Source of the DNA: a bacterium
GTDB taxonomy: Bacteria; UBA8248
Assembly (NCBI GenBank): GCA_963692865.2
Contig: OY843592.1
Span: 3,168,001 to 3,232,000, forward strand
DNA length: 64,000 bases
Reading direction: 5' to 3'
The notes under the pieces were generated by a model. The model saw only the letters and a list, made by a program, of their open reading frames with translations. It was not told where the DNA came from and searched no databases. Position numbers and translations under genes: made by a program. Each line of letters starts with the position of its first letter. The first letter of the stretch is position 1. This document shows positions 49,582 through 59,264 of the stretch, one piece after another.

Positions 49582-50361
49582 TTAATCCCATCTCCGGCCG
49601 GGCATATGGTTGTAGACGCTGTTCAGGATGCCGCCGTCGATGTCGAGACGCGAAGCCGTAATCCAGTCGGATTCCTCCGACAGCAGGAACAAGATGCCGT
49701 GCGCGATGTCCACCGGCTGGCCGACGCGCCCGAGCGGCGTCACGTCGCTCCTGCCTTTTTTGATCTCGGGGTCCTGCAGATAGGCGGTGAGCGGCGTTTC
49801 GGTGTGGCCGGGGCACACGGCGTTCACGCGGATTCCCTTGCGCGCCCATTCGATGCCCAACTGCTTCGAAAGCATGATGATGCCCGCCTTCACCGTGCTG
49901 TACGCGCCCGACATCCCGTAGGGCTGAACCCCTGCGTTCGACGACAGATTCACCATGACGCCCGGCCTTTCGTTCTCTATCAGCCAGCGGCCCGCCGCCT
50001 GACACATCAGGAACATGCCCGTAAGACCCACGTCCAGCACCATTTTCCAGCTCGCCAGGGGCAGATCGACCAGCGGGGCGGGGTCCATCTTGATGGCGCA
50101 GTTCACGAGGTGGTTCAGGCCGCCGAACTCGCCCACCGCGCGCTCCACCGCCGCCCGGCAGGACGCCTCGTCCGTCACGTCGAGCCGCTGGAACACCGCC
50201 TTGTCCCTGCCGAGCTCGGCCTCCAGTTCGACGCCCAACTCCTCGTTCACGTCGCCGATGAGAACGCGGCCGCCCTGCTCCACGTACATCTCGCAAGTCT
50301 TGGCGCCGATGCCCCGGGCGCCCCCGGCGACGATGCAGACATCTCCATCGAAACGGCCCAT
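49582..50361 (-). CDS. SDR family oxidoreductase
   Basis: AGGARGIG, YSTVK, IRVNAVCPG. Confidence 0.9.
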   Translation of the reverse strand: MGRFDGDVCIVAGGARGIGAKTCEMYVEQGGRVLIGDVNEELGVELEAELGRDKAVFQRLDVTDEASCRAAVERAVGEFGGLNHLVNCAIKMDPAPLVDLPLASWKMVLDVGLTGMFLMCQAAGRWLIENERPGVMVNLSSNAGVQPYGMSGAYSTVKAGIIMLSKQLGIEWARKGIRVNAVCPGHTETPLTAYLQDPEIKKGRSDVTPLGRVGQPVDIAHGILFLLSEESDWITASRLDIDGGILNSVYNHMPGRRWD

Positions 50362-50376
50362 GCGGAACCTCCTCTC

Positions 50377-51183
50377 TCAAGTCGTCCTGTATGTGATTTC
50401 CCTGCCGCCCCAGTTCCTGCCGGGCGTATGGATCATCTTGCTCTCCACCTGTCCGCCGTCGATGGGCAGGTTCGCCGCCGTGATGTACCTCGCCCGCTCC
50501 GAGAGCAGGAACACGCACCCCTCCGCGATGTCCTCGGGCGTCGCCACGCGGCCCATCGGCACGACGGCGGCGCGGCCGGCGGCGGTCTCGGGGTCCTGGA
50601 ACATGGCCTCGGTCATCGGGGTGCGCACCTGGCCGGGCGAGACGGTGTTCGCGCGGACGCCGCGTCCGCCCCACTCCACGCCGAAGAGCTTGCTCAGCAT
50701 GATGGCCCCCGCCTTGCATATGCTGTATGCGCCCGCCAGGGGGTATGTCTGCATCCCGCCGATGGAGGAGACGAAGACGATTGCTCCGCTCCCCTTCTCC
50801 AGCATCACCCGTCCCGCCGCCTGGGCGCAGAGGAAATAGCCCTTGAGCCCGATGTCCATCACCATGTCCCAGTCGGCCTCTGGCAGGTCTTCGAGCTTTC
50901 CGGGCACGAGCTTGATGGCGCAGCAGACGAGGCCGTCTATCGTCCCGAAGGCGCCAGCGGCTTCGGCCGCCATGCGCTCGGCGTCGGCCTTTTTCGAAGT
51001 GTCCATCTCGATCAGGATCGCCTTAACGCCTTGTTTTTCAACCATGGAGACCGTCTCGGCGGCGGTCTCAACGTTGATGTCGGCCACGGCGACGTCCGCG
51101 CCCTCGCTTGCGGCGAGAACGCACGTGGCGCGGCCGATGCCGCTGCCGCCTCCCGTGACGATGACCTTCTTGCCTTCGAGCAT
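50377..51183 (-). CDS. SDR family oxidoreductase (tandem paralog)
   Basis: TGGGSGIG, YSICK, VRANTVSPG. Confidence 0.9.
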   Translation of the reverse strand: MLEGKKVIVTGGGSGIGRATCVLAASEGADVAVADINVETAAETVSMVEKQGVKAILIEMDTSKKADAERMAAEAAGAFGTIDGLVCCAIKLVPGKLEDLPEADWDMVMDIGLKGYFLCAQAAGRVMLEKGSGAIVFVSSIGGMQTYPLAGAYSICKAGAIMLSKLFGVEWGGRGVRANTVSPGQVRTPMTEAMFQDPETAAGRAAVVPMGRVATPEDIAEGCVFLLSERARYITAANLPIDGGQVESKMIHTPGRNWGGREITYRTT

Positions 51184-51390
51184 GGCGCGCGATCCTCCAA
51201 AGGTTGATTATTCAATGTGTTACGGCTCCTGGCCGCCCCGTGAACCCTATTCTACGCGAGAGAGGCCCACCGGGCCAGCCCCTTCCCGACCGGGCGCTTA
51301 CGAAAATTTTATATTATTATAAAACAACAATTTACATTTGATACCTGATTCGATTTCGAGACCTTCGGGGCGGACGCAGGTTTTCAGAAA

Positions 51391-51448
51391 AACCACGTTA
51401 ATTTATCCAATAACCACGCTAATTTATCCAATTTTATCGAATTATCCA
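51391..51448. repeat. Tandem 21-bp direct repeat plus partial copies in an AT-rich intergenic patch
   Basis: AACCACGTTAATTTATCCAAT (51391-51411) and AACCACGCTAATTTATCCAAT (51412-51432), then TTTATCGAAT and TATCCA. Confidence 0.75.
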
Positions 51449-51705
51449 GCATGTGAAAACCAAGTCGTTGTTTTCAATCCGGTTGGGAGTCCACGAGGAC
51501 AAATGTAATCAAGACGCAAGCGGGTTGGTTACGACCCCTGCGCACCCTGTCGCGGCCGGGTCGCGGCGACGGACCGAAAAGTCCGGGCGGCCCGCGCCGC
51601 CGCCGCCATCCGGGTCGGCCGGATATCCCTACGCATCCGTGGCAAAAAAGGGCGCCGCGGGACCGCTCCCGCGGCGCCTCCCGCCTCATTCGCCGCTGGC
51701 GCGGC

Positions 51706-54700
51706 TCACCACCGCTTCGAGCCGCTCAGGTACACGCCGCCTCCGGTCCCCGCGCCGCCGCCGGGTTCGGTGAGGCTGGCCTCGAGGCTCACCTCGGTAT
51801 CCGCGCCGGACTTCCAGCGCGCCCCGGTGCGCCAGGTTTCACCGCTCCCGGTGAGCGCCACCCCCGTGTAGGGCGTCAGCAGGCCGCGCCAGGCGTCGAG
51901 CCCCCAGGCCGCCTCGGCCTCGAAGCCCGTTCCGGGCTCGAAGCCTCCTCCCGGCGGGAAGCTCCGGAGGGCTCCCGACCACAGATGTTCCGCGCCGCCC
52001 GCGGCCGCCCCCCATGAGGAGCCGGCGCTCAGCGAGAGCCCGCGCCCGTCCTTGCCCGGCGCGTAGCGCACCGAGCCGCTCACGCCCCATTCCCCGTAGT
52101 CGCTCTCGGAGTGCGCCAGGAGCCCCCGCGCGCTCATCTCCACCGAGAGGCCGCCCGAGGCGTAGCGTAGCGAACCGCCCAGCTCCAGGCCGCCGCCCGT
52201 CTCCGCGTCGCCACCCTCGTGGCGGAGCCCGAGCTCCACCGAGGGCGTCAGCACCGCGCCGCCGGCCAGGCGGACGGAGCGCGAGCCCTCGAGCAGGAGC
52301 CGCACCCGGCTCGTCTCCGCCTCGGCCGCCGCCAGGTCCGGCGCGGCGTCCGAACGCGTCCGCGTCACGAGCAGGTCCGCGCGCAGGGCCAGCTCGAACC
52401 CGCCCGGTTCGCGGGCGGGCAGCAGGACGCCCCGCGCGCCCGCGGCCGCCATGCTCGCGTCGAGGCCGGTCTCGTGCGAGACCCCGTCCGCGGGTTTCAG
52501 CGTCAGGTCGCCCTGCCCGTGGCCGACGACGCCCCAGAGCGTGAACACATCGCTCACCCGGTAGCGCGCATAGGGGTAGAAGCCGGTGAGGGCGCTCTCC
52601 ACCTCGCCCGAACAGCCCGCGTCGCAGGCGCCCTGCGTCGCGTAGCTCCCCTCGCCGGAGCTTCGCGAGAGCGCCGCGCCCACGAGCCAGCGGCCGCGCT
52701 CGAAGTCCGCTCCCAGCGTCGCCGTCGTCACCTCGCCCTCGAGTGTGAGCGCATCTTCCGCGCCGTCGAAGCCCGAGTGCGCCCCCCGGCCCCAGACCGA
52801 CCAGCGCGGGCCCGCCTTCACGTCCCCCGCGGAGGCGAGGTGGAACGAACTGGCCAGAAGCAGGGCGCCCATGTCGAACTCGCGCCAGTGCTGCTCCTCA
52901 TCCTCCCCCGTCCGCGCGTTCAGGGCGCGGACGTACTTCCCCGCGCCCGAAAGGAACGAATCCCCCGCACCGGGAAGGGCATCCGGACCCCCCGCGGGAA
53001 AACCCTTCCCCTCCGCGGAGAGGCGATGGCCGCCCAGCCTCACGCCGGGCGCGGAAGCGCCCCGAAGGCGCTCGCCCACCGCGCCGACCACCTGGTCCGC
53101 CACCGTGCGCCCGAAGCGCGCCGTCCACGCCGCCGGGATCGGGTCGTCGTTGACGATGGTGCCGACCCCTTCCCCGTCGGCGATGGTCGCGCCCCGCGCG
53201 TCGGAGAGCACCAGGTAGAAGGTCTCCGGCCCCTCGTCGTGCCAGTCGCCGATCAGGTCGACCGTGACCGTCTTCCGCGTCTCCCCCGGAGCGAACGACA
53301 TCCGGCCGTACTCTGTCTCGTAGTCTCCGTAGAGGCCGTACAAATCGCCCCTCGCCGTTCCGTCGCGCGTCGTGTAGCTCACGCTCACCGGGTGCGCGGC
53401 CGGCGGCGACAGCGTCACCGTGAAGTGCATCTCGCCCGAGGCGTAGGGGTGGCCCTCGTCCGCCTGGGCGTCCGACACGCGGAGCGCCGGCTCGGCCGCA
53501 GGCGGCGAGGGCGTCGTCGTCTCAGTCTCCTCCTCCGGTTGCTGCGTCGCGGCGCCGCCCCCTCCGAAGACGGTCAGCGTGAAGTCTCCCGTCCCGGGGT
53601 CGAAGGTCGTCGCCTCGATGGTGTACGTCCCCGCGTCGAGCGTGCGCCTGATGCGAGAATCGTACCCCCGCCCGCCGTCGTCGTCGTACTCGAGCGCCCT
53701 GCCGCTGCGCTGCTGGGCGCCGGAGCGGAGGTAGAGGAACGCGTCGGTGCGGGAACCGAGATAGATGGTCATCTCCCGGCGCTCCGCCAGCGTGAGCTCG
53801 TACCAGCGCGCGTGGCGGCCTCTGCGGTCGATCGAGTCGCATCCGGCCGCCCAGCGGCCGGTCACGCTGCCGTCCCCGGCGAGGCGCTGCGTGCACCGGG
53901 ACTCCGACGGCGCCTGCCCCGGACCCGAGGCGGCATCGAGCGTCACCGACACCGGCGCCGAGGGCCGCCCCCGCCCGGCGTCGTTCACCGCGCGCACCCG
54001 GAAGCGGTAGGTCCTGCCGTTGGCGAGGCCCGTCACCGTGTGGCCGGTGGCCAGGCCGTCGCCGGCGTCGGTCCACACGCCGTCACGCTCGACCTGCCAC
54101 CCGGTCACGCCGTCCATCGCGTCCCAGCGAAGCGTCACCTGCCGGTCGCCCGCCTCGGCCCCGAAGCCGGTCGGCTGCGCCGGCGCCGGCGCGGTCCTGC
54201 CCAGGCCGCTCACCGTCAGGGTGAACCGACCCTCGTCCAGGCGGCGATAGGTCGTCGTCTCGACGGTGTAGGTCCCCGCCGCGAGCGTGCGGACGATCCG
54301 CGAGTTCCGGCTGCCCCCCGCGTCGTCGTTCCAGGCGAGCGGCGTGCCGTCCATCCGGTCGACGCCCGACCAGAGGTAGAGCCAGGGATCGGCGTCGCCG
54401 GACCGGAGGTCGATGGTCACCGTCGACCGCCCGGCCAGCGTGAAGCGCCAGTAGCGCGTGGCGTGGCCGGCGCGCTTGGCCGACGCGCAGTCCGGCGCCC
54501 AGCCCCGGGTCCCGAAGCCGTAGTCCCCGGTCCAGCGTCCGGTCACGCTGCCGTCCCCGGTCAGGCGCCCGCTGCACACGGCCGGCGGCGGCCCCACCGG
54601 CGCGGCGGAGATCGCGTTCGACCACGGACCGGGCACCCACTCGATGTACCTCGTGGCGGGGCCCCGCCGCATGGCCCGCACCTGGAATTGGTAGGCGGTG

Positions 54701-56327
54701 CCGTTGGTCAGGCCGGTCACGACGCCGCTGGTGTCGCCGCCGTAGCTGCCCGGGAACCAGTCCTGCCTGACGATGCGGCTGCCCTCCAGCGCACGGTACT
54801 GGTAGCCCCGCGCTCCGGTAACCGTGGTCCAGCGCAGGGTCATCTGCCCGTTGCCCGGCTCCGCGCGCAGGTTGACGGGCGTCGAGACGCTGGCCGTCTG
54901 AAAGGTCACGCTCGCGATCTCGTTCGCCGTGTTGCAGCCCGTCGCCGAATACGCCTTGTAGGTGTAGGACGTGCCCGCGGTCAGCGAGCTCAGGTCCGCA
55001 TGCGTCGTGCCCGCGGCGACCGAGGTGCAGGTCCCGGCGATCGGGGCGGTCCGCTTGTACCACCACGCGGACGTGTGATTCGTGATCGTCAGACGTGCAC
55101 TCGTCGCCCTGATAGGATTGGCGGTGAGGGCCGGGCCAGCCGTCAGCGTCACCCCGCCGCCCCGCATCAGGTTCACCGGGGTCGAGTAGGTCGTGCCCGA
55201 CTTGCAGTAGGCCAGCGCACGGTACTCGCCGGCAGAGGTCGGGGTGTAGCGAAGTTGGTAGACGCCGGAGCCTGTGCTCACGTAGCTTCCCACCCGAGTC
55301 GTCAGCGCGGTGCTCTTGTACCAGCCGATCTCGGCCGTGCCGGTCGTGCAGCTCACGACGCCCGGAGTCAGAACTCCTGTCAACCTGCCTCTCGCGAGAC
55401 CGAAACTCTCGTTCCAGGCGTTGCTGCCGGAGGGCTTGTTGCGCTGGGCGTAGGTGTAGACAACGTTAGTCAGCACGGAACGGGTCAGCGTCGGGGGGGT
55501 GGGGGTCGTCGACTGGGTCGTCGCGTTGACGGTGAACTTGATGGAGCCGGTCCACGATCCCCACGGACTTGCGGAATTGGGTTTGCGGCGAGCAGCATTC
55601 GCGATGGTCGCGGCGCTCCACCCGCCGGTGCCGGTCTCCGCATTGCTATTGGTAAAATTAACATCTCTGGACTCAGCAGTCGACGAGGTTTTGACCTGTA
55701 CAAAATAAGTGGTGTTGCCGTTCAGGGTGATGCCGCTCGCGGTGAGGGTCTTCTGTCCGGCGGTGTTGTCGATAGTGCCGGTCAGGTTGTTGCCGATCTG
55801 AGTCCCGGGATTGCTGGCGTTGGTCCCGGTGCCAGGGTTGTGGATCGATACAACCAACTGTACGGCATTACCGACGTTGGCTAGCACATCCAAGACGACG
55901 GAGTTCAGCGTGTACCTGTCGGTGGTGGTGCCGCCGGTGGTGAACGCATTGGCAAGCAAGGTATCAGCGTCTGCGGCAAAGTTGACGCTGGTGGTTTGCG
56001 AAATATTGCTGACGCTGACCGCCTGCGCCTGCGCCGGGGCGGGCGGCAGCAGGGCGAGGGACGCCAGCAGGGCGAGGGCGAGGAGGCCGGCGGCCCGGCG
56101 GGCGCTTCCCGCGAGGCGTCGGGCCGGGCTATCTAATCGGAGTTCGGAGTTCGGAGTTCGGAGTTCGGAGTTCGGAGTTCGGAGTTCGGAGTTCGGAGTT
56201 CGGAGTTCGGAGTTCGGAGTTCGGAGTTCGGAGTTCGGAGTTCGGAGTTCGGAGTTCGGAGTTCGGAGTTCGGAGTTCGGCTCTTACCCAATCTGGCAGA
56301 TACCGCCGGGGCTGTCCACCTGGTCAT
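51706..56327 (-). CDS. Large autotransporter-like surface protein (FN3, 2x PPC, Calx-beta, C-terminal beta-barrel), frameshifted in an N-terminal heptamer repeat
   Basis: The 1417-aa frame extends upstream of 55959 through a signal peptide (RRAAGLLALALLASLALLPPAPAQA) into the repeat; the GGGAGG-linked ATG at 56327 is in another frame. FN3 (W...Y.F.VRA), PPC (LYL...DD.G...SRI.RTL.AGTYT.E), Calx-beta (GTIVNDD), barrel ending in Trp. Confidence 0.8.
56137..56280. repeat. Perfect heptanucleotide simple sequence repeat (TCGGAGT)x20 + TCGG
   Basis: 144 bp read directly; encodes RTPNSEL repeats on the minus strand. Confidence 0.97.
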
Positions 56328-56593
56328 GTCATCGCCTCCCTTACGTTTTTCTTGTTCACCTTTCCTTTCCCGGAGTTCCGAGACGGCGTCGATCCGGGCG
56401 GACCGCGCCGCCTCATGCTTTTACCATTTGTTATAGTATACACCATCGCATGCGATCTTTTGTTAAGTATTCGTGTTATTATCTCGTATTATGATGTGAA
56501 TATGATAAAACTTGGCCCAAATCAGCAAAAAAATGCGGGCTTGCGGCGGGGCGACGTGCGGAACGGGGACATGAGGGAAACGGCCGCCCGGCG

Positions 56594-58936
56594 TCACTCC
56601 GGCGCGGCCATGCGGTAGCCGACGCCGCGCACGTTGAGGACGTAGGAGGGCGCGGCGGGGTCGTCGCCGAGCTTGCGGCGCAGCTTCTTGACGACGGTGC
56701 GCAGCCGCTCCGTACGGCCGGTGCGGCTCTCGCCCCAGACCCGGCGCAGCAGCGTATCGTAGGTCAGGACCCGCCCGGCGCCCGAGGAGAGCGCATGCAG
56801 CAGGTCGTACTCGGTGGCCGTGAGCCGGACCTCGCGGCCGGCCAGGGTCACGAGGCGCTGCTCGTGGCGGACGGCCAGCTCCCCGAGCACGAAGGGTTCG
56901 GGTCCGGCCCGCCTGCGGAGCGCGGCCCGGATCCGCGCCACGAGCTCCGTCGGCGAGAAGGGCTTGACGATGTAGTCGGCGGCGCCGCTCTCGAGCGCCC
57001 GGGCGACCGTCTCGTCGCGATCGTAGGCGGAGATGAAGATGACCGGCAGATCGGCCAGTCCGGGGACGGTTTCCATCAGTTCGATCCCGTCGGTCCCCGG
57101 GAGCATCAGGTCGAGCAGGACCAGGCGGGGCCTCTCGGCCGCGATGACGCGTGAGAGCTCCCGGTGGTCGGCGGTCACGACCGGGGCGTAGCCCGCCCCG
57201 GCGAGGGCGTCGCGGAGGTAGCGGAGCGTCTCGGGGTCGTCGTCCACCGCGAGTACGGTCATGGATTCGCTCTCCTCGCGGGGGGGACGGGAAAGGCCCG
57301 GGGCGGACGGATCGGCGGCCTCTTCGGCCGCGGGGAGCGTGAAGGTGAAAGTCGCGCCCCGGCCGATGCCCGCGCTCTCCGCCCGGATGCGCCCCCCGTG
57401 CGCCTCCACCAGCCCCTTGCAGATGAACAGGCCCAGGCCGTATCCCCCGCCGGCTCCGCGCTCCCCCTCATCGCCGCCGAAACCGGCATACTTCCGGAAA
57501 AGACGCGGCAGCTGCCCGGCCGCAAGCCCCCGGCCCTCGTCGGAGACCGAGAGCGCCACGTGCACGCCGTCGCGCTCCGCCGACACCCGGACGGGCGACG
57601 TCCCGGGAGAGTGCCGGGCGGCGTTGCGCAAAAGGTTGTTCAGCACCTGCTCGATGCGCTGGCGGTCGGCCATCACCCGGGGCAGGTCCGGCGGGAGGTC
57701 GATCAGCACGGCGTTGCGCCCGCCGCCCGAGACGAACGCGTTCCTCGCCCGCTCCACCAGGACGCCCGCGTCGGTGGGCTCGGGAGAGACCGACAGCCTG
57801 CCCGCGTCGATGAGCCCCGTGTCCAGCAGGTCGGCGACCAGGCCGATCATGTGATCGGCCTGCCCGTCGATGAGGCGGAAGAACTCGCGCATCTCGACCG
57901 GACCGAAGACCCGCCCGGCGCCGAGCACCGCGGCGGTCGAGCCCTTGATCGAGGTCAGCGGCGCGCGCAGCTCGTGGCTGACCATGCCCAGGAACTCCAC
58001 GCGCATCCGCTCGAGCTCCTGGAGCGGCGCCATGTCCTGCATGGTGACGACCGTCGACACCACCGCGCCGTCCTCGCCGTGGATCGGCGTCGCGTTGATC
58101 AGCGCCGTGACGCTGCGCCCGTCGGGCACCGAGAGCACGACCTCCTCGGCGCGCACCGTCTCGGCGCCGCTCAGCACGGCCGCGAAGGGCAGCTCGTCGA
58201 GCGCGACCTCGCGCCCGTCGGCGAAGCGGCACATCAGCACCTCGAGCAGCGCCTCCACGGGGCGGCCCGCGGTGCGCAGCTTCTCCCCGATCCGCCTCAT
58301 CTCCCGGTTGATCGACACCGGGGCGCCGGTTTGTGCGTCGAACAGCGCCACGCCGACCGGCGAGGTCTCGACCAGGGCCTCGAGGTCGGCCCGCGCGCGC
58401 CGCTCGGCGCGGTGCGCCCGCGCGTTGGCGAGCGCGGCCGCGGCCTGGCTCGCGAGAAACCCCAGCACCTCCCCGTCTTCGCCGGTGAACGCCCCGCCGC
58501 CTTCCTTCCCGGCCAGGAAAAGGCTGCCGACGTGCGTGCCGCGATGGCGCATCGGCGCGCACAGGAACGTCCGCCACGGCAAGCGGTCCGGGGAGAAGCC
58601 GAGCGCCCGCGCGTGGGCGCGCAGGTCCGTCAGGCGCAGCGGTTCGGCCAGATCGCGGAAGTGTTCGAGAAACCGCGGCCCCTCGGGCCAATCCACCAGC
58701 CCCCGGTGCTCCCGGGGGGCGATGCCCGAACTCCTGAAGCCGTCGGGCCCGCCCGACTCGTCGAGGGTCACGACGACGCCGTGGCGCGCGCCGCTCAGCC
58801 CGCGGGCGCTCTCGAGGACTTCGCGGAGCACGGTCCCCGGGTCGAGGCTCGAGGCGATGCGCCCCAGGGCCGCGCACAGCCGCGAGAAGCGCTCGTGCAG
58901 GGCCGCCTCGCGCCTGGCGTTATCGAATTCGGTCAC
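56594..58936 (-). CDS. Soluble hybrid regulator: GAF-PAS-histidine kinase-receiver-OmpR winged helix
   Basis: SHELRAPLTSI (H box), NLLRNAARH (N box), DEGRG, GYGLGL, LLDLMLPG, KPFS, LTATEYDLL, VRGVGYR; GTG start at 58936 after GGAGG; no TM segment seen. Confidence 0.9.
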   Translation of the reverse strand: MTEFDNARREAALHERFSRLCAALGRIASSLDPGTVLREVLESARGLSGARHGVVVTLDESGGPDGFRSSGIAPREHRGLVDWPEGPRFLEHFRDLAEPLRLTDLRAHARALGFSPDRLPWRTFLCAPMRHRGTHVGSLFLAGKEGGGAFTGEDGEVLGFLASQAAAALANARAHRAERRARADLEALVETSPVGVALFDAQTGAPVSINREMRRIGEKLRTAGRPVEALLEVLMCRFADGREVALDELPFAAVLSGAETVRAEEVVLSVPDGRSVTALINATPIHGEDGAVVSTVVTMQDMAPLQELERMRVEFLGMVSHELRAPLTSIKGSTAAVLGAGRVFGPVEMREFFRLIDGQADHMIGLVADLLDTGLIDAGRLSVSPEPTDAGVLVERARNAFVSGGGRNAVLIDLPPDLPRVMADRQRIEQVLNNLLRNAARHSPGTSPVRVSAERDGVHVALSVSDEGRGLAAGQLPRLFRKYAGFGGDEGERGAGGGYGLGLFICKGLVEAHGGRIRAESAGIGRGATFTFTLPAAEEAADPSAPGLSRPPREESESMTVLAVDDDPETLRYLRDALAGAGYAPVVTADHRELSRVIAAERPRLVLLDLMLPGTDGIELMETVPGLADLPVIFISAYDRDETVARALESGAADYIVKPFSPTELVARIRAALRRRAGPEPFVLGELAVRHEQRLVTLAGREVRLTATEYDLLHALSSGAGRVLTYDTLLRRVWGESRTGRTERLRTVVKKLRRKLGDDPAAPSYVLNVRGVGYRMAAPE

Positions 58937-59264
58937 TGTCGCGTCCTCCCCCCCTCCGGGGGGATATGCGGGTGGCGTTGCGCGCCGGTTCCGGTACCGG
59001 CGCAGGGTATTCGGCAAGAATATCACAGAAGTCACGAAATAAACACCGTATCTGACCTGAAAATCACCCTGAAATCATAAAAGCCCGTTGTCCGGGCAGC
59101 TTCGGGTAAAATAAAATGCAGTCTCACCCGGAACGGACCGGGAAAGGCCCCGGGTCCGCGTGGCGGGACGCGACGACGGAGAGGACTCGAGCCCGTGAAG
59201 AAGCGCGCCGCAAAACCCCCTCCGGTTCCGTGATCCGACCGCCGAGGGGAAGGGAGGCATCCGC

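Noticed and set aside
49441-51207. 588-aa plus-strand ORF, and the similar 57164-59080 ORF
   Set aside because: Shadows of the SDR pair and of the hybrid kinase caused by high GC3.
51403-51448. TTATCCA cores as DnaA boxes of a replication origin
   Set aside because: Each has two or more mismatches to TTATCCACA and there is no dnaA, rep or par context.
52219-55884. 1221-aa plus-strand ORF
   Set aside because: Antisense shadow of the GC-rich autotransporter gene; Arg/Gly/Ala/Pro-rich with no recognisable domains.
56137-56280. Repeat considered as a CRISPR array, or as a plus-strand SSEFGVR-repeat protein (55811-56494)
   Set aside because: No spacers and no cas genes; RBS and signal-peptide evidence support the minus-strand gene.
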